Shown: positions 20,448-31,443, counted from the first letter of the stretch. The stretch is 57,421 nucleotides of DNA from a virus (IMGVR_UViG_3300030202_000014:1-57421), one strand, 5' to 3'. Numbers and translations are program-made. The notes: generated by a model not told the origin, from the sequence alone.

Positions 20448-22642
20448 TGACTAACGCAAGAGAATTAGCAAACCTTGTTGGTGGTACACTAACCAACTTA
20501 ACATCTGGTACTAGCAACGTAGCGTTAGGTGATGAGGCACTTGAGGCTGTAACCTCTGGTGCTAACAATACTGGTATTGGTGTAAATGCAGGTACTGCAA
20601 TTACTACTGGTTCAGGAAACACAGCACTTGGTCATCGTGCAGGAGAGGCAATTACTACAGCCGATAACAATGTGTTTATTGGTAAAGAGGCAGGACTTGT
20701 TAATACGACAGGTGCTTCTAATGTGGCAGTAGGTAGAGATGCATTAGTCTCAAATACCACTGCAGGTAACAACACAGCAGTTGGTTATCAGTCATTATAT
20801 AGTAACACTACCGCAGATAGAAACTCTGCTATTGGGTATCAATCTCTTAATGCTAACACTACAGGTTTCAGAAATACTGCCGTTGGATATATTGCACTCC
20901 AAGACAACACAACGGGCAACAGAAATGTAGCTGTTGGTGAACAAGCTCTAGCAAATAACACTACGGCATCTGATAATACGGCTGTTGGAGAGGCAGCTAT
21001 GGCATCTAACACGACAGGTGCATATAATGTTGCTGTAGGTAAAGAGGCATTACTTGCAAACACTACAGCATCTAACAACACTGCCGTTGGTCATCAGGCT
21101 CTTGCTGCTAATACCACTGGTACAGAAGTAGTTGCCCTTGGAGCAAGTGCTGCTGCTGCTAATACTACTGCAAACTTTACAACAGCCCTTGGAGCAAATG
21201 CTCTTGCTGCAAATACTACAGGTGCTGCCAACGTAGCTATAGGTGCTGCTGCTCTTAATGCAAATACAACTGGTGCAAATAACGTAGCTATAGGGCGGCA
21301 AACTATGTTAGCTAATACAACAGGTGGTAGCAGCGTTGCTTTAGGTTATCAAGCTCTTGCCACAAATACCACCGCATCTAACAACGTGGCTGTGGGGTAT
21401 CAAGCTCTTCTTGATAACACTACTGGTGACGATATGGTTGCGGTTGGTTTTCAAGCATTAGCTAACAACACGACAGGCCAAGACAATAACGCTGTTGGTA
21501 TTCAGTCACTCCTCAATAACACAACAGGAAATTACAATGATGCCCTTGGAGTTACCGCACTTCGTCAAAATACTACTGGAAGTAATAACATAGCGGTTGG
21601 TAGGCAATCACTTTATAACAACACCACTGCAACTCACAATGTTGCGTTAGGATATCAAAGTTTATACAGCACAACATCAGGTGGTGACAATGTAGCAATA
21701 GGTAGTGGCGCACTGTATAACAATACTAACATTAGAAATACGGCTGTAGGTTATAATGCAATGTATTACAACACTACTGGAACAAGTGATGTAGCGGTAG
21801 GTTATAATGCTCTTTTAAATAATACGACAGGTAGTGAAAATACTGCTATTGGTTGGGAGACACTTAGGGCGCATACTACTGGAGCGCAAAATACTGCTCT
21901 TGGTCGTCAGTCTGGTTATAATCTCACAACAGGAACAGTAAATACATTTCTTGGAGAGGCTTCGGGTTATTACATAACCACTGGTTCTAAGAATGTTGTT
22001 ATTGGACGCTACACAGGCAACCAAGGCGGCCTAGACATCCGCACCTCAAGCAACAATGTCGTGTTGTCTGATGGGGATGGTAATATTAGGTTTTTTGCTA
22101 ATAGTTCTGATCAAGTGTTTTTTGCAGGGAAAAGGACTAGTTCAACAACAGATGATGGTGTGATGATTTCACCTGATGGAGCAGGGGGAAGAATTACTGT
22201 TGTAAGTGACAATGGATCAGGTAATGCCATGTTTCATGGTTTAAGAGAAGATACTGGTGCTGCTACTATTTTAATAAGACCAAATGGTAATGTACAAAAT
22301 GCAAATAATTCTTATGCAAGTATTTCTGATATTAATAAAAAAGAAAACATTGCAGATGCTTCTTCTCAATGGGATGATATTAAAGCATTGCGAGTAAGAA
22401 AGTACAGCTTAAAAGATGACGCTTCTCCAGTAGCAAATCAGATTGGGGTTATTGCTCAAGAAGTTCAAGCGGCAGGTATGGGTGGTTTAGTATCGACTGT
22501 GCCTGATACAGAAGACCCATCGAAAGATGACATCTCTGTAAAATATTCTGTTCTCTACATGAAAGCAGTCAAGGCACTGCAAGAGGCAATGACTAGGATT
22601 GAAACACTTGAAACCAAAGTAACGGCTCTTGAAGCCGAATAA
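20447..22642 (+). CDS. Tail fibre with 14-aa beta-roll repeats and S74-like chaperone
   Basis: Long run of ALxxNTTGxxNxAVG repeats; ISDINKKENI; GVIAQEV. Confidence 0.85.
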   Translation: MTNARELANLVGGTLTNLTSGTSNVALGDEALEAVTSGANNTGIGVNAGTAITTGSGNTALGHRAGEAITTADNNVFIGKEAGLVNTTGASNVAVGRDALVSNTTAGNNTAVGYQSLYSNTTADRNSAIGYQSLNANTTGFRNTAVGYIALQDNTTGNRNVAVGEQALANNTTASDNTAVGEAAMASNTTGAYNVAVGKEALLANTTASNNTAVGHQALAANTTGTEVVALGASAAAANTTANFTTALGANALAANTTGAANVAIGAAALNANTTGANNVAIGRQTMLANTTGGSSVALGYQALATNTTASNNVAVGYQALLDNTTGDDMVAVGFQALANNTTGQDNNAVGIQSLLNNTTGNYNDALGVTALRQNTTGSNNIAVGRQSLYNNTTATHNVALGYQSLYSTTSGGDNVAIGSGALYNNTNIRNTAVGYNAMYYNTTGTSDVAVGYNALLNNTTGSENTAIGWETLRAHTTGAQNTALGRQSGYNLTTGTVNTFLGEASGYYITTGSKNVVIGRYTGNQGGLDIRTSSNNVVLSDGDGNIRFFANSSDQVFFAGKRTSSTTDDGVMISPDGAGGRITVVSDNGSGNAMFHGLREDTGAATILIRPNGNVQNANNSYASISDINKKENIADASSQWDDIKALRVRKYSLKDDASPVANQIGVIAQEVQAAGMGGLVSTVPDTEDPSKDDISVKYSVLYMKAVKALQEAMTRIETLETKVTALEAE

Positions 22643-22666
22643 TATCAGTCAGAAAAGGAGAAAGAA

Positions 22667-22888
22667 ATGTCTGATGAAATAACAAGCGAAGAAATCGCAG
22701 CAAACTACACAGCAATGGGTCACTCTGTTGATCTGCTAAATGCAGGGAAACCAGAGGACATGGAAGACGATGAGTGGACTGACACAGTGTCACGCAATGT
22801 CGAACACTTGCAGCTTATGGTAGCAAAAGACTACTGGACTGATGAAAACATGACAGCAGTAAACGCAGCTATTGCAGCAAATACGTAA
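22667..22888 (+). CDS. Small acidic protein (possible fibre assembly factor)
   Basis: AAGGAG RBS; position after the fibre genes. Confidence 0.65.
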   Translation: MSDEITSEEIAANYTAMGHSVDLLNAGKPEDMEDDEWTDTVSRNVEHLQLMVAKDYWTDENMTAVNAAIAANT

Positions 22889-22904
22889 ACTTTAACAAAG
22901 GAGA

Positions 22905-23129
22905 ATGACAATGGGAAAAAATGAAAAAACCCCTATCGTTATAAACGACAAAGAATATTTAGTAGAAGACTTAACACAAGAGCAACAGGCTATGGTTAAT
23001 CATATCTCAGACTTAGATCGTAAACTATCAAGTGCTAGATTTAACCTAGACCAATTAAATGTTGGACGTGAGGCATTTGTTAATATGCTCACACAGTCTT
23101 TGGATACACCAGAAGAGAAAGCTGCATAA
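22905..23129 (+). CDS. Small coiled-coil protein
   Basis: AAGGAG RBS; INDKEY followed by heptad repeats. Confidence 0.65.
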   Translation: MTMGKNEKTPIVINDKEYLVEDLTQEQQAMVNHISDLDRKLSSARFNLDQLNVGREAFVNMLTQSLDTPEEKAA

Positions 23130-23311
23130 TGAAACTTGAGCAAGTCATTGGTGTAGTTGCACTGGGTCTATTAAGTTGGGGGTCACTCCAGATATACCAG
23201 ATCAATGCCAAAGTCTTGCTCATGTCCTACAAAGTAGATGAGAATCATAAGATGATCAAACCCATGTGGGAAGACTTCTTGATTCGTAACTCACAGGTAG
23301 CAAAGAAATAA
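23129..23311 (+). CDS. Small membrane protein
   Basis: One N-terminal hydrophobic helix; TAATG coupling. Confidence 0.6.
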   Translation: MKLEQVIGVVALGLLSWGSLQIYQINAKVLLMSYKVDENHKMIKPMWEDFLIRNSQVAKK

Positions 23312-23673
23312 TGGAAAACATGAAACTTCCTATAGCCCTTGTTATGGCAATGGCTGTACAACTTGCAGGTGGTGTCTGGTGGGTATCCCAACAGGCAGCT
23401 ACAATACAATCTTTAGAAGAAAATGTAGAACAGTTTGCTAGTCGCATGGCTGTAGAAGATACAGTAAATCTTAAACGTGATGTGCAAGAAAGTAAGTCTG
23501 ACATCATGGAACTGTGGGAAGATAGTGAAGAAATATGGGAAGAGATGGCAGCTATGCTTGCTTCTTTCAATTCCATTAACGAATTAAAACAAAGAATAGC
23601 TTTACTGGAAACGGAATTAAAATACATGAATCGTGAACATAATAGAATGATAATGAATGACGATGGAATGTAG
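23311..23673 (+). CDS. Membrane-anchored coiled-coil protein
   Basis: N-terminal TM segment followed by coiled coil. Confidence 0.65.
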   Translation: MENMKLPIALVMAMAVQLAGGVWWVSQQAATIQSLEENVEQFASRMAVEDTVNLKRDVQESKSDIMELWEDSEEIWEEMAAMLASFNSINELKQRIALLETELKYMNREHNRMIMNDDGM

Positions 23674-23675
23674 AT

Positions 23676-24152
23676 ATGATAGACCCTGCCAGTGCGATTG
23701 CTCTTGCAACTACGGCCTTTTCTGGAATTAAGAGAGCTGTAGCTGCAGGGAAAGAAATTAGTGAATTAGGTAAAGACATATCCTCTTTTGGTAGGGCGGT
23801 ATCTGACCTAGACTATATGGGCAACAAAGCCAAAGACCCACCTCTGTGGAAAAGGCTTGACCCTAAGTTTGATACCTCTGCAATTGAGGTATGGGCAGCG
23901 CAACAAAAAGCCAAAGAAATGCGTGAAGAATTGAGACAACACATTAGTCTCTACTACGGACCTTCAGCTTGGGATAGCATCGTTGCTATTGAAGCAGAGC
24001 AAAGAAAAATGCAAAAAGAAGCTGTATACCGTAGACAGGAAAAGATAGACAATCTAATAAACTGGGGTATTGGAATTGTCATGGTGCTTACTGGCTTTAT
24101 TATATTCGGTGCAATAATATATTTTATTGGTAAACATCGTGGTACATGGTAA
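23676..24152 (+). CDS. Hypothetical protein with C-terminal TM helix
   Basis: MIDPASAIALAT N-terminus; hydrophobic C-terminus. Confidence 0.65.
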   Translation: MIDPASAIALATTAFSGIKRAVAAGKEISELGKDISSFGRAVSDLDYMGNKAKDPPLWKRLDPKFDTSAIEVWAAQQKAKEMREELRQHISLYYGPSAWDSIVAIEAEQRKMQKEAVYRRQEKIDNLINWGIGIVMVLTGFIIFGAIIYFIGKHRGTW

Positions 24153-24164
24153 TAGGAATAAATA

Positions 24165-26051
24165 ATGATACAGTTTAAAGGATTTAAACCTGAAGCAGAA
24201 GAAAGATTAGCTCGTACTATGGGTTACTCAGGAGAGATGGAAGGGTTTGCTAATTACTTAGCTCAGAATCCTGCCAAACAAGATCAGATGAACCAGTATA
24301 AAGACATGGCTATTGGCATGTTAAAAGGTGGTATGGTTCCTCAAAAGAAACCTTCACTTGCTGCAGGTGGTACACCTAAAAAAGTACAAGACCAAGTTGC
24401 TTCACTTGCATACACCCCTGCTTTACCTGCAGGTGGTAAGGTAAGTGCTACAGGTATAGCTGTTGAACAAGATCAGTTAGCAGGTGATCAAGACTTAACT
24501 GGTGATATTAAAGCAGCTACTACTACAACTCAAGCGGCACAGGCCACAGCACCTCAAGCTACACAGGCAGCTACTGTTGCTCCTACTCAAGTAACACAAG
24601 CTATGAGAGGGCAAATGGCAGGTGTTCAAGGTGCTCAAGGACAGATGAGTGCAGGAGCAACTGCAGGTGCTCAGACTGCACAGGGTACATCTGTATCAAC
24701 ACTAAGTAGTGCACAGGGTACAGGCATTCTTATGAATAACCCTACCCAACGTTCAATACAAGCAGGTGAGCTTGTATCTGGTGCAGCAAATGCAGCTACA
24801 GCAGCTAAATTTACAGAACAAATACAGGCTGCACAGGCAACACCTACCAAACAAGCTACAGTTCAAGGTCAACTTGATGGTCTAATGCAAGACTTTGAGG
24901 GTGGTAAGACACCATCATGGGCTGCAGGAGCCATGAGAGCAGCTACCAGTGCAATGGCTGCACGTGGACTAGGTGCATCTAGTCTTGCAGGACAAGCTGT
25001 TGTACAAGCAGCTATGGAATCTGCACTACCAATTGCACAATCAGATGCCGCAACACAAGCAGCCTTTGAAGCACAGAACTTATCTAATCGTCAAGAACGA
25101 GCTATGTTGGCTGCACAGCAACGTGCAGCTTTTATGGGTCAAGAGTTTGACCAAGCATTTCAATCTCGTGTTATGAATGCATCTAAGATTGCTGATGTAG
25201 CTAATATGAACTTTACAGCAGAACAACAGGTTGCTTTGGAAAACTCTCGTATTGCTAATACAATGGAGTTGCAAAATTTAAATAATACACAAGCCTTAGT
25301 TATGGCAGAAGCTGCTGCACTATCTCAAATGGATATGGCTAACTTGTCCAACCGTCAACAGGCAGCAGTAATGAATGCTCAAAACTTTATGGCAATGGAC
25401 ATGAAAAACTTAGACAATGCTCAACAGGCTACAATGTTTAAGGCACAAGCAATGCAACAAGCTTTGTTTACAGATCAAGCAGCAGAGAACGCAGCTAAAC
25501 AATTTAATGCTACAAGCCAAATGCAGGTTGATCAGTTCTTTGCAAATTTACAGACACAGACACAACAATTTAATGCATCACAAACAAATGCTCAAGCACA
25601 ATTTAGTGCAGGTGAAACAAACGCACAAAATAGATTTAACTCAGAAATGAAAAATCAAAGAGAGCAATTTAATGCAAAAAATCGTTTAGTTATTGATCAA
25701 AATAATGTACAATGGCGTAGAGAAGTTGCAACAGCAAACACTGCTGCAGTAAACAGAGCCAATGAACTTAATGCCAAGTCTATCATGGACATGAGTGATA
25801 CTCATATGAATAACCTGTGGCAGTACTATTCTGACAGTATGGAATTTGCTTGGCAGTCTGCTGAAAATGAACGTGACCGTACTAATAAACTTGCCCAAGT
25901 AAAACTGCAAGGCGATATTAATGCAAACATTGCGGATTTAAAAAATGATTATAACTCATCATTAGCATTCGGTAATTTAATTGGTACATTCTTAACTGCA
26001 GGTTTATCAAACGTTTCAGGTTTTGATGATTTCTTTAAATTCCCAACATAA
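24165..26051 (+). CDS. Putative internal virion (ejection/pilot) protein
   Basis: Gln/Ala/Asn-rich helical protein with QFNA and NLSNRQQ repeats. Confidence 0.6.
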   Translation: MIQFKGFKPEAEERLARTMGYSGEMEGFANYLAQNPAKQDQMNQYKDMAIGMLKGGMVPQKKPSLAAGGTPKKVQDQVASLAYTPALPAGGKVSATGIAVEQDQLAGDQDLTGDIKAATTTTQAAQATAPQATQAATVAPTQVTQAMRGQMAGVQGAQGQMSAGATAGAQTAQGTSVSTLSSAQGTGILMNNPTQRSIQAGELVSGAANAATAAKFTEQIQAAQATPTKQATVQGQLDGLMQDFEGGKTPSWAAGAMRAATSAMAARGLGASSLAGQAVVQAAMESALPIAQSDAATQAAFEAQNLSNRQERAMLAAQQRAAFMGQEFDQAFQSRVMNASKIADVANMNFTAEQQVALENSRIANTMELQNLNNTQALVMAEAAALSQMDMANLSNRQQAAVMNAQNFMAMDMKNLDNAQQATMFKAQAMQQALFTDQAAENAAKQFNATSQMQVDQFFANLQTQTQQFNASQTNAQAQFSAGETNAQNRFNSEMKNQREQFNAKNRLVIDQNNVQWRREVATANTAAVNRANELNAKSIMDMSDTHMNNLWQYYSDSMEFAWQSAENERDRTNKLAQVKLQGDINANIADLKNDYNSSLAFGNLIGTFLTAGLSNVSGFDDFFKFPT

Positions 26052-26065
26052 TAAGGTGATATAAT

Positions 26066-26275
26066 ATGTACAATCAATCAGTAAAAGCATTCGCAAAAAT
26101 AAATGCACTTGTAGAAAATAATAAACCAGAAGAGGTTTCTCCGTTTAAGGGTTTGTTAGCTAGGGTATCTCCTAAAAAAGAAGAACCAAAAGAAAAAACA
26201 CCACAAGATACAGTTGTAGAGATGGTATCAGAATTACGTAAAGCAAGAATGAGTTTTAAGAATGGCAACTCCTAG
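26066..26275 (+). CDS. Hypothetical protein
   Basis: AAGGTG RBS; contains KGLLAR. Confidence 0.6.
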   Translation: MYNQSVKAFAKINALVENNKPEEVSPFKGLLARVSPKKEEPKEKTPQDTVVEMVSELRKARMSFKNGNS

Positions 26276-26810
26276 AAAACAATTGGTAGATGGACCTATA
26301 CCGGGAATGGGTCTTACACATGAAGTGGGTGGTAGACCTTGGCAAAAACCTCCTCAGTATAACACAGTAGAAGAAGCGTTAGAATATTATATCCCACGTT
26401 TTAGTGATCCAAAAGTAGTTGATCAATTACTTGATGTCATGGAGTTAGGTATACCACTAACAACAATTGCAGATGCAATGCAAAGTTCTGCTGTTATGGA
26501 AGGTATGCATAGTATTGATGTAGGGTTACTTGCTATGCCAGTGCTTATAGAAATGATGGCTTACATTGGTGATGAGTCAGGAGTTGAGTATAAGCTTGGT
26601 TTAGAAGAACGTATAGATGATGATGAAGTATCCGATACTAAAATAGCTCTTGCAATGAAAAAGGTAAGAGAGGAAATGCCTGAACGATTAGAAGAGGCAC
26701 GACTTAATGCAGTACCAAAGGAAGAACCTGCAGAAGAAATGGTAACAGAAGAAGAACCGATGGAAAAAGAAGCACCTGAACTTGGTGGATTAATGGCAAG
26801 GAGAGCATAA
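26262..26810 (+). CDS. Conserved phage protein
   Basis: PIPGMGLT...PWQKPPQY motif; ends GGLMARRA. Confidence 0.7.
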   Translation: MATPRKQLVDGPIPGMGLTHEVGGRPWQKPPQYNTVEEALEYYIPRFSDPKVVDQLLDVMELGIPLTTIADAMQSSAVMEGMHSIDVGLLAMPVLIEMMAYIGDESGVEYKLGLEERIDDDEVSDTKIALAMKKVREEMPERLEEARLNAVPKEEPAEEMVTEEEPMEKEAPELGGLMARRA

Positions 26811-27931
26811 TGGGCTTTAATTTAGGTGGATTTATGGCAGGTGTATCTGATGCGGCTGTTAACCGTATGCAGAAAGTTGAAGATGAAAGAATACGAATAG
26901 CTAGAGAAGAACGTTCTATTGGTACACAACAACGTATGGCTAGGGAAAGTGAGCGTAGAAAGAAACAAGCACTGCTTGATGAAAGTGCAGGTATGCTTGC
27001 TATGCTTGGATACGATGAAGATACAATAGGTAACATTTTAGCTAACGGAACTACTGCTGCTCAGTTTGCTGTTACTGCAGGTCAAACTGCAATGGCAAAA
27101 GGTGTAGACCCAAATACCATCTGGAACTTTAACACTGATAGCACAGGCGTTACTAATACAGACAAAGTAACTAAGACTATCGAAGCTGCAGAGCCAACTA
27201 AAGTAGGTGACATAGAAGCTACATCTACAGCAGTAAGTGATCTGCCCACACCAAGTAGTGATAGTGTAATTAACTTGGAAGTGTATAAAGATTTATTTGC
27301 TGAACCAAAAGCAATTGAAAAATCATTTGATGCTGCATTGGCTAGTATATCACAACAAATGTCTCGTACAACAGACCCTAAAAAGTTAGCTGATTTGGCA
27401 AAAGAACAGGATCAGTTACTAAAAGACTTGGCTAAAAAGAAAGAAGCAGAGCGTGAAGAAGATGGTGAAACGACACCCTCACTTACAGCAACAACAATCA
27501 ACAGTTTTGAAAGTACAATCAGACGTGGTGAATTAAAACGTTATGGATTTGAAGTAGACATAGACGGTAAGATTAAAAATATGACAGACGGTAACAGGTA
27601 TTTGTTTGATGTTGCCAACCTGTCTGTTGCAAAACAAATGAATACACGTAACACAGAAATACAAGACCCTTTGATGAATTTAGCAGTACAAGGTATACGT
27701 GACTCTGCTATGGATGGCCTAACAGATTATGGGTATAGCATTATAAATTCAGAAACACCAAAAAAGAATTATATTGTACAAACAATGGCAGAGGCTGCAG
27801 AAAGGTTAAAAGCTAAAAATTACAAAATAGGAGATGTTCTTAATGTAGATGGAGAGTTGTTTGTGTATACAGGAGTAGTAGATTATATAACAGGCGATCC
27901 CATAATTAAGATTGGTGAAATTGGAAGCTAG
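26810..27931 (+). CDS. Putative internal virion protein
   Basis: MGFNLGGFMAG amphipathic N-terminus; position before the largest structural gene. Confidence 0.55.
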   Translation: MGFNLGGFMAGVSDAAVNRMQKVEDERIRIAREERSIGTQQRMARESERRKKQALLDESAGMLAMLGYDEDTIGNILANGTTAAQFAVTAGQTAMAKGVDPNTIWNFNTDSTGVTNTDKVTKTIEAAEPTKVGDIEATSTAVSDLPTPSSDSVINLEVYKDLFAEPKAIEKSFDAALASISQQMSRTTDPKKLADLAKEQDQLLKDLAKKKEAEREEDGETTPSLTATTINSFESTIRRGELKRYGFEVDIDGKIKNMTDGNRYLFDVANLSVAKQMNTRNTEIQDPLMNLAVQGIRDSAMDGLTDYGYSIINSETPKKNYIVQTMAEAAERLKAKNYKIGDVLNVDGELFVYTGVVDYITGDPIIKIGEIGS

Positions 27932-27932
27932 T

Positions 27933-30900
27933 ATGGCTAGTGATTTTCAAAACTACTTGAAGCAACAAAGAGAAGGAGAACTAGATAATCAGGAAACTCA
28001 ATCCTTTGTGTCTCCACCAATTACTGAGCCTGTAATAAACGATGTACCTACATCTTCTAGCAGATTTCAAGATTATCTAAAGGGCAATCCAGAAACAAAA
28101 CTACCAGAAACTAAACCTCTTCCTGAGTTAGAGCCAGAGGTTGCACCACCAGAGCAAGAAGAAACAAGTGTTAGCCCAGAGTTGATGGACTTAGTTGATC
28201 AGGCTTACACACGTACTGTAGATTACTTCGGTGACTTGGTAGATGAACAAGACACAGACGAAATACTAAAACATATCAAAGAAGAAAAAGCTGACAAAGA
28301 AAGAATAATGCAGCAAATGATTGATGGTGGTAGGTTTGAGTCTCGTGAACAGGCACTTAACTATTTAAGAGAAACAAATCCAGAAAGTATTTTATTAAAG
28401 TCTGACGGTGAAGCACTGATGGGTATCATTGGTAACTTAGATGCCACACCAGAAAGTCAAAGAGATAAGATGCTAAGTTATCTGCAGAGTGAGAATGCAG
28501 TAACACGTAGAGTTGCAGAAGCTACACTGCGTAACATGAATGAGTCCACACTGGGTGCAATGAATGGCACTATCTTTGCAGATGAAATGCTTAACCCTGT
28601 AACTGCACTGGCAGATGTGCCTGTATTTGCAAAGGGTGCAAAGACTGCATTTCAAGAGGGCAGATACTTAGATGCAGCAGGTAACGTGGTAGGTGCAGCA
28701 GTATCTGTATTACCTGCAGGTGTTATCGCTACAAAGAGTGCCAAGGGTATAAAGAAACTAGGCAAAACTCCAGAAGAACAGTTAGAGTTAGCACGTAGAT
28801 ATAACTACGGTGGCGCACAACTAGCTACACTAGAGGCAGCAGAGGATGCTCGTAAACGTGCATCAGCAGCAGCAGAAGCAAATGCAGATGTCTCTGAAGA
28901 ATTAATCAGAGCATTTGAGAGAAAGACAAACAAAACTATTTCTACCACAACTGACGATGGTAGACTTGTCATAGACTTTGACAAAGCAAAAGACGCAGGA
29001 AGAGAGACTGCTTTTGAAGCAGAAGGTAAGCTGTTAGATATAGCTACCACAAGTCCTGACGAACTTATAACTTCCCCCATCCTTAACCCAGACAAGTTTG
29101 ACGGTATTGTTGCAGCAGCAGCAGAGCTAAAGAAAGCTAACCCAAAAGCATTTGACAATGACAAAACAATCATTGAGAACTTACTTGAATTGACAGTAAG
29201 CGAGGATATGATTGGTGGTCAAGAACTTATAGACATGCTACATAAGTATGGTCTTACATTTGAAGATTATGTCTTGACTGTAATTGGCAGTGGTTCTGAT
29301 GCAGGTAAAGTACTAAACTCATTATCTCAAGTAAGACGGTTAAAACCTAAGAATGTAAGAGATGCAGATGATGTAGCTAAGAAAGCACGTGAGGACTATT
29401 CTTTTCTTGGTTTAGTAGACCGTAAAGGTGTTATGCGTGTTGAAAATATTAGACGTGGTGGATTGGTATCACAAATTGCTACGGCTGCACGTAACCTTAC
29501 ATCAGGTGGCATACGTGCTCCCCTTGAGGGCTTGGGTAATGTAATGGACAATGCTCTATATGAGTATGCTAAACCTATTCGTGGTGGAATACGTGATGCT
29601 GAAGGTGGTTTTGTAGGGGCAGGTAGAGTTTTATTTTCTGGAGAAAATTGGCGTGGTAGTTTTAACCACATGAAATACATGTTTTCTCGTCCAGATGTAG
29701 CAAAAGGATACACTGATCTAATACTTAATCAACCAGAATTAGCTAAACAATTTGATGCAATGTTTAACAACATAAACGAAATACAAAAGCTAACAGGGCG
29801 TGGTTCAGGAACAAAGATGGATAAACTTTTATCTGCTCTTGAAGATGGTGTAGACGTATTAAATACACCCAACCGTTGGCAAGAATACTTGATTAGACGT
29901 GGGCAATTCTTTGGTGAATTAGAGCGTCTTACAAAACGTGAGTATGGTATTGATCTTATAGATACTCTTAATCAAGGTAAACTAAAAGATTTGATAGCTG
30001 ACTCATCTAAGGTTGTACCAGAAGGTAAGGACAGTTTTCTATCGTTAGTAGATAGGTCAGTAACAAAAGCTCTGGATGTAACGTATGCTAAACAACCAGA
30101 CATAGAATTTTTTAGAAGTACATCTAGCTTTATTACACGTAACGGTCTTACTGTAATTGCTCCGTTCCCACGTTTTATGTTTAACAGTATGGAACTTATG
30201 GGTCAGTATGCAGGTGGTTCTCTTATACCTCTTACACGTAAGGTGTCTAGCATAGTTATAAAAGGACAACGTGGGCCGTTAACAGAAAAAGATAGACAAC
30301 GTATATCAAGAAACCTGTTAGGTATAGCAACCGTAGGTGCAGCTTACATGTACCGTTCATCTGAAGGTGTACCTGCTGAATATAATCAGATACCTGTAGG
30401 CACAGAGGGTCAGATGGATACTACACCTACATATCCAATGGCTCATTTTTTATACGCAGGTGAGGCTGTTAAAAGATTAAAAGATGGAACTTTTGATAAC
30501 TGGTTTAATGCAAAAGAGTTTGCAGAGTTATTTGTAGGTATGAACTTACGTACTGGTGTAGGAAATTCTATACTAGAGGAAATGGCATCTATAGCAAGTG
30601 GAACAGACTTAACATCTGGTGAAGCTGCAGGACGTGCAGTAGGGAGAACTCTTGGCAACTATCTAGGTACATGGGCTGTGCCATTTGCACAAGTAATTGA
30701 TGCAGAACGTGCAGCAGGTATACGACAGACAGACTTTATAAATGTTGCACAAGACCCTGAGTTAAACTTTTGGGGTACAACAGGTAAAGAAATTAAACGG
30801 TCATTCCAACAACGTGGTATGTTTCTATCTCCTGAAGCTGAGTCAGAACTACCACGTAAAGAGTATCCGTTTTATCCTGACGGTAAGCAAAGACTGTATC

Positions 30901-31412
30901 CAGAGGCAAAGTTTTTAGGTGCAACCATAACTAACCGTCCATCAGATGAAGGTGAGTACTTACAAAAACTAGGATTTGATTACAGAAACTTTGGTAGTAA
31001 GAGTAAGGTTCCAAGCATACAAGCGTTTGAGCAGCAGAAGATAAATGAGTACATGACTGTTCTTGTAGACATTGCAAAGAACAGAGAAATGGAAGAGTTA
31101 AAAGAATACTACAGAGAAGATAATGCTGAACTACGTGAAGAGTTTACTGAGACTGAGTATCTTGCAAATAAGATAAGGCCACTGGTAACAGAAAAACTTA
31201 CAGAGTTTAAGGCTGAGATAGCAGATGGAAAAATAATGCAGGGAGATAAGTATGCTCGTGCCTTAACTAAGTATAGAAGAATACAACCTGACTTTAGAAA
31301 GTTAGCTACAACAGATTTTACTCAAAGGTACAATCGTTCACCCGATCCATTAGACCCAGACGATTTAAATAAGTTAATTGTTATAGCAAAAGCATACAAA
31401 GAAGGATACTAA
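27933..31412 (+). CDS. Large putative internal virion protein
   Basis: ~1160 aa, last gene of the structural arm, as for podovirus ejection proteins. Confidence 0.6.
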   Translation: MASDFQNYLKQQREGELDNQETQSFVSPPITEPVINDVPTSSSRFQDYLKGNPETKLPETKPLPELEPEVAPPEQEETSVSPELMDLVDQAYTRTVDYFGDLVDEQDTDEILKHIKEEKADKERIMQQMIDGGRFESREQALNYLRETNPESILLKSDGEALMGIIGNLDATPESQRDKMLSYLQSENAVTRRVAEATLRNMNESTLGAMNGTIFADEMLNPVTALADVPVFAKGAKTAFQEGRYLDAAGNVVGAAVSVLPAGVIATKSAKGIKKLGKTPEEQLELARRYNYGGAQLATLEAAEDARKRASAAAEANADVSEELIRAFERKTNKTISTTTDDGRLVIDFDKAKDAGRETAFEAEGKLLDIATTSPDELITSPILNPDKFDGIVAAAAELKKANPKAFDNDKTIIENLLELTVSEDMIGGQELIDMLHKYGLTFEDYVLTVIGSGSDAGKVLNSLSQVRRLKPKNVRDADDVAKKAREDYSFLGLVDRKGVMRVENIRRGGLVSQIATAARNLTSGGIRAPLEGLGNVMDNALYEYAKPIRGGIRDAEGGFVGAGRVLFSGENWRGSFNHMKYMFSRPDVAKGYTDLILNQPELAKQFDAMFNNINEIQKLTGRGSGTKMDKLLSALEDGVDVLNTPNRWQEYLIRRGQFFGELERLTKREYGIDLIDTLNQGKLKDLIADSSKVVPEGKDSFLSLVDRSVTKALDVTYAKQPDIEFFRSTSSFITRNGLTVIAPFPRFMFNSMELMGQYAGGSLIPLTRKVSSIVIKGQRGPLTEKDRQRISRNLLGIATVGAAYMYRSSEGVPAEYNQIPVGTEGQMDTTPTYPMAHFLYAGEAVKRLKDGTFDNWFNAKEFAELFVGMNLRTGVGNSILEEMASIASGTDLTSGEAAGRAVGRTLGNYLGTWAVPFAQVIDAERAAGIRQTDFINVAQDPELNFWGTTGKEIKRSFQQRGMFLSPEAESELPRKEYPFYPDGKQRLYPEAKFLGATITNRPSDEGEYLQKLGFDYRNFGSKSKVPSIQAFEQQKINEYMTVLVDIAKNREMEELKEYYREDNAELREEFTETEYLANKIRPLVTEKLTEFKAEIADGKIMQGDKYARALTKYRRIQPDFRKLATTDFTQRYNRSPDPLDPDDLNKLIVIAKAYKEGY

Positions 31413-31413
31413 G

Positions 31414-31443
31414 AAGGGGGCAATTAAGCCCCCCTTTTTTTTA
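31414..31443. terminator. Intrinsic terminator between the convergent arms
   Basis: AAGGGGGC-AATTAA-GCCCCCCTTTTTTTT. Confidence 0.85.

Noticed and set aside
18700-22000. Tandem ~42-bp periodicity as a CRISPR array or DGR
   Set aside because: These are degenerate in-frame 14-aa protein repeats; there are no identical repeats with spacers and no reverse transcriptase gene
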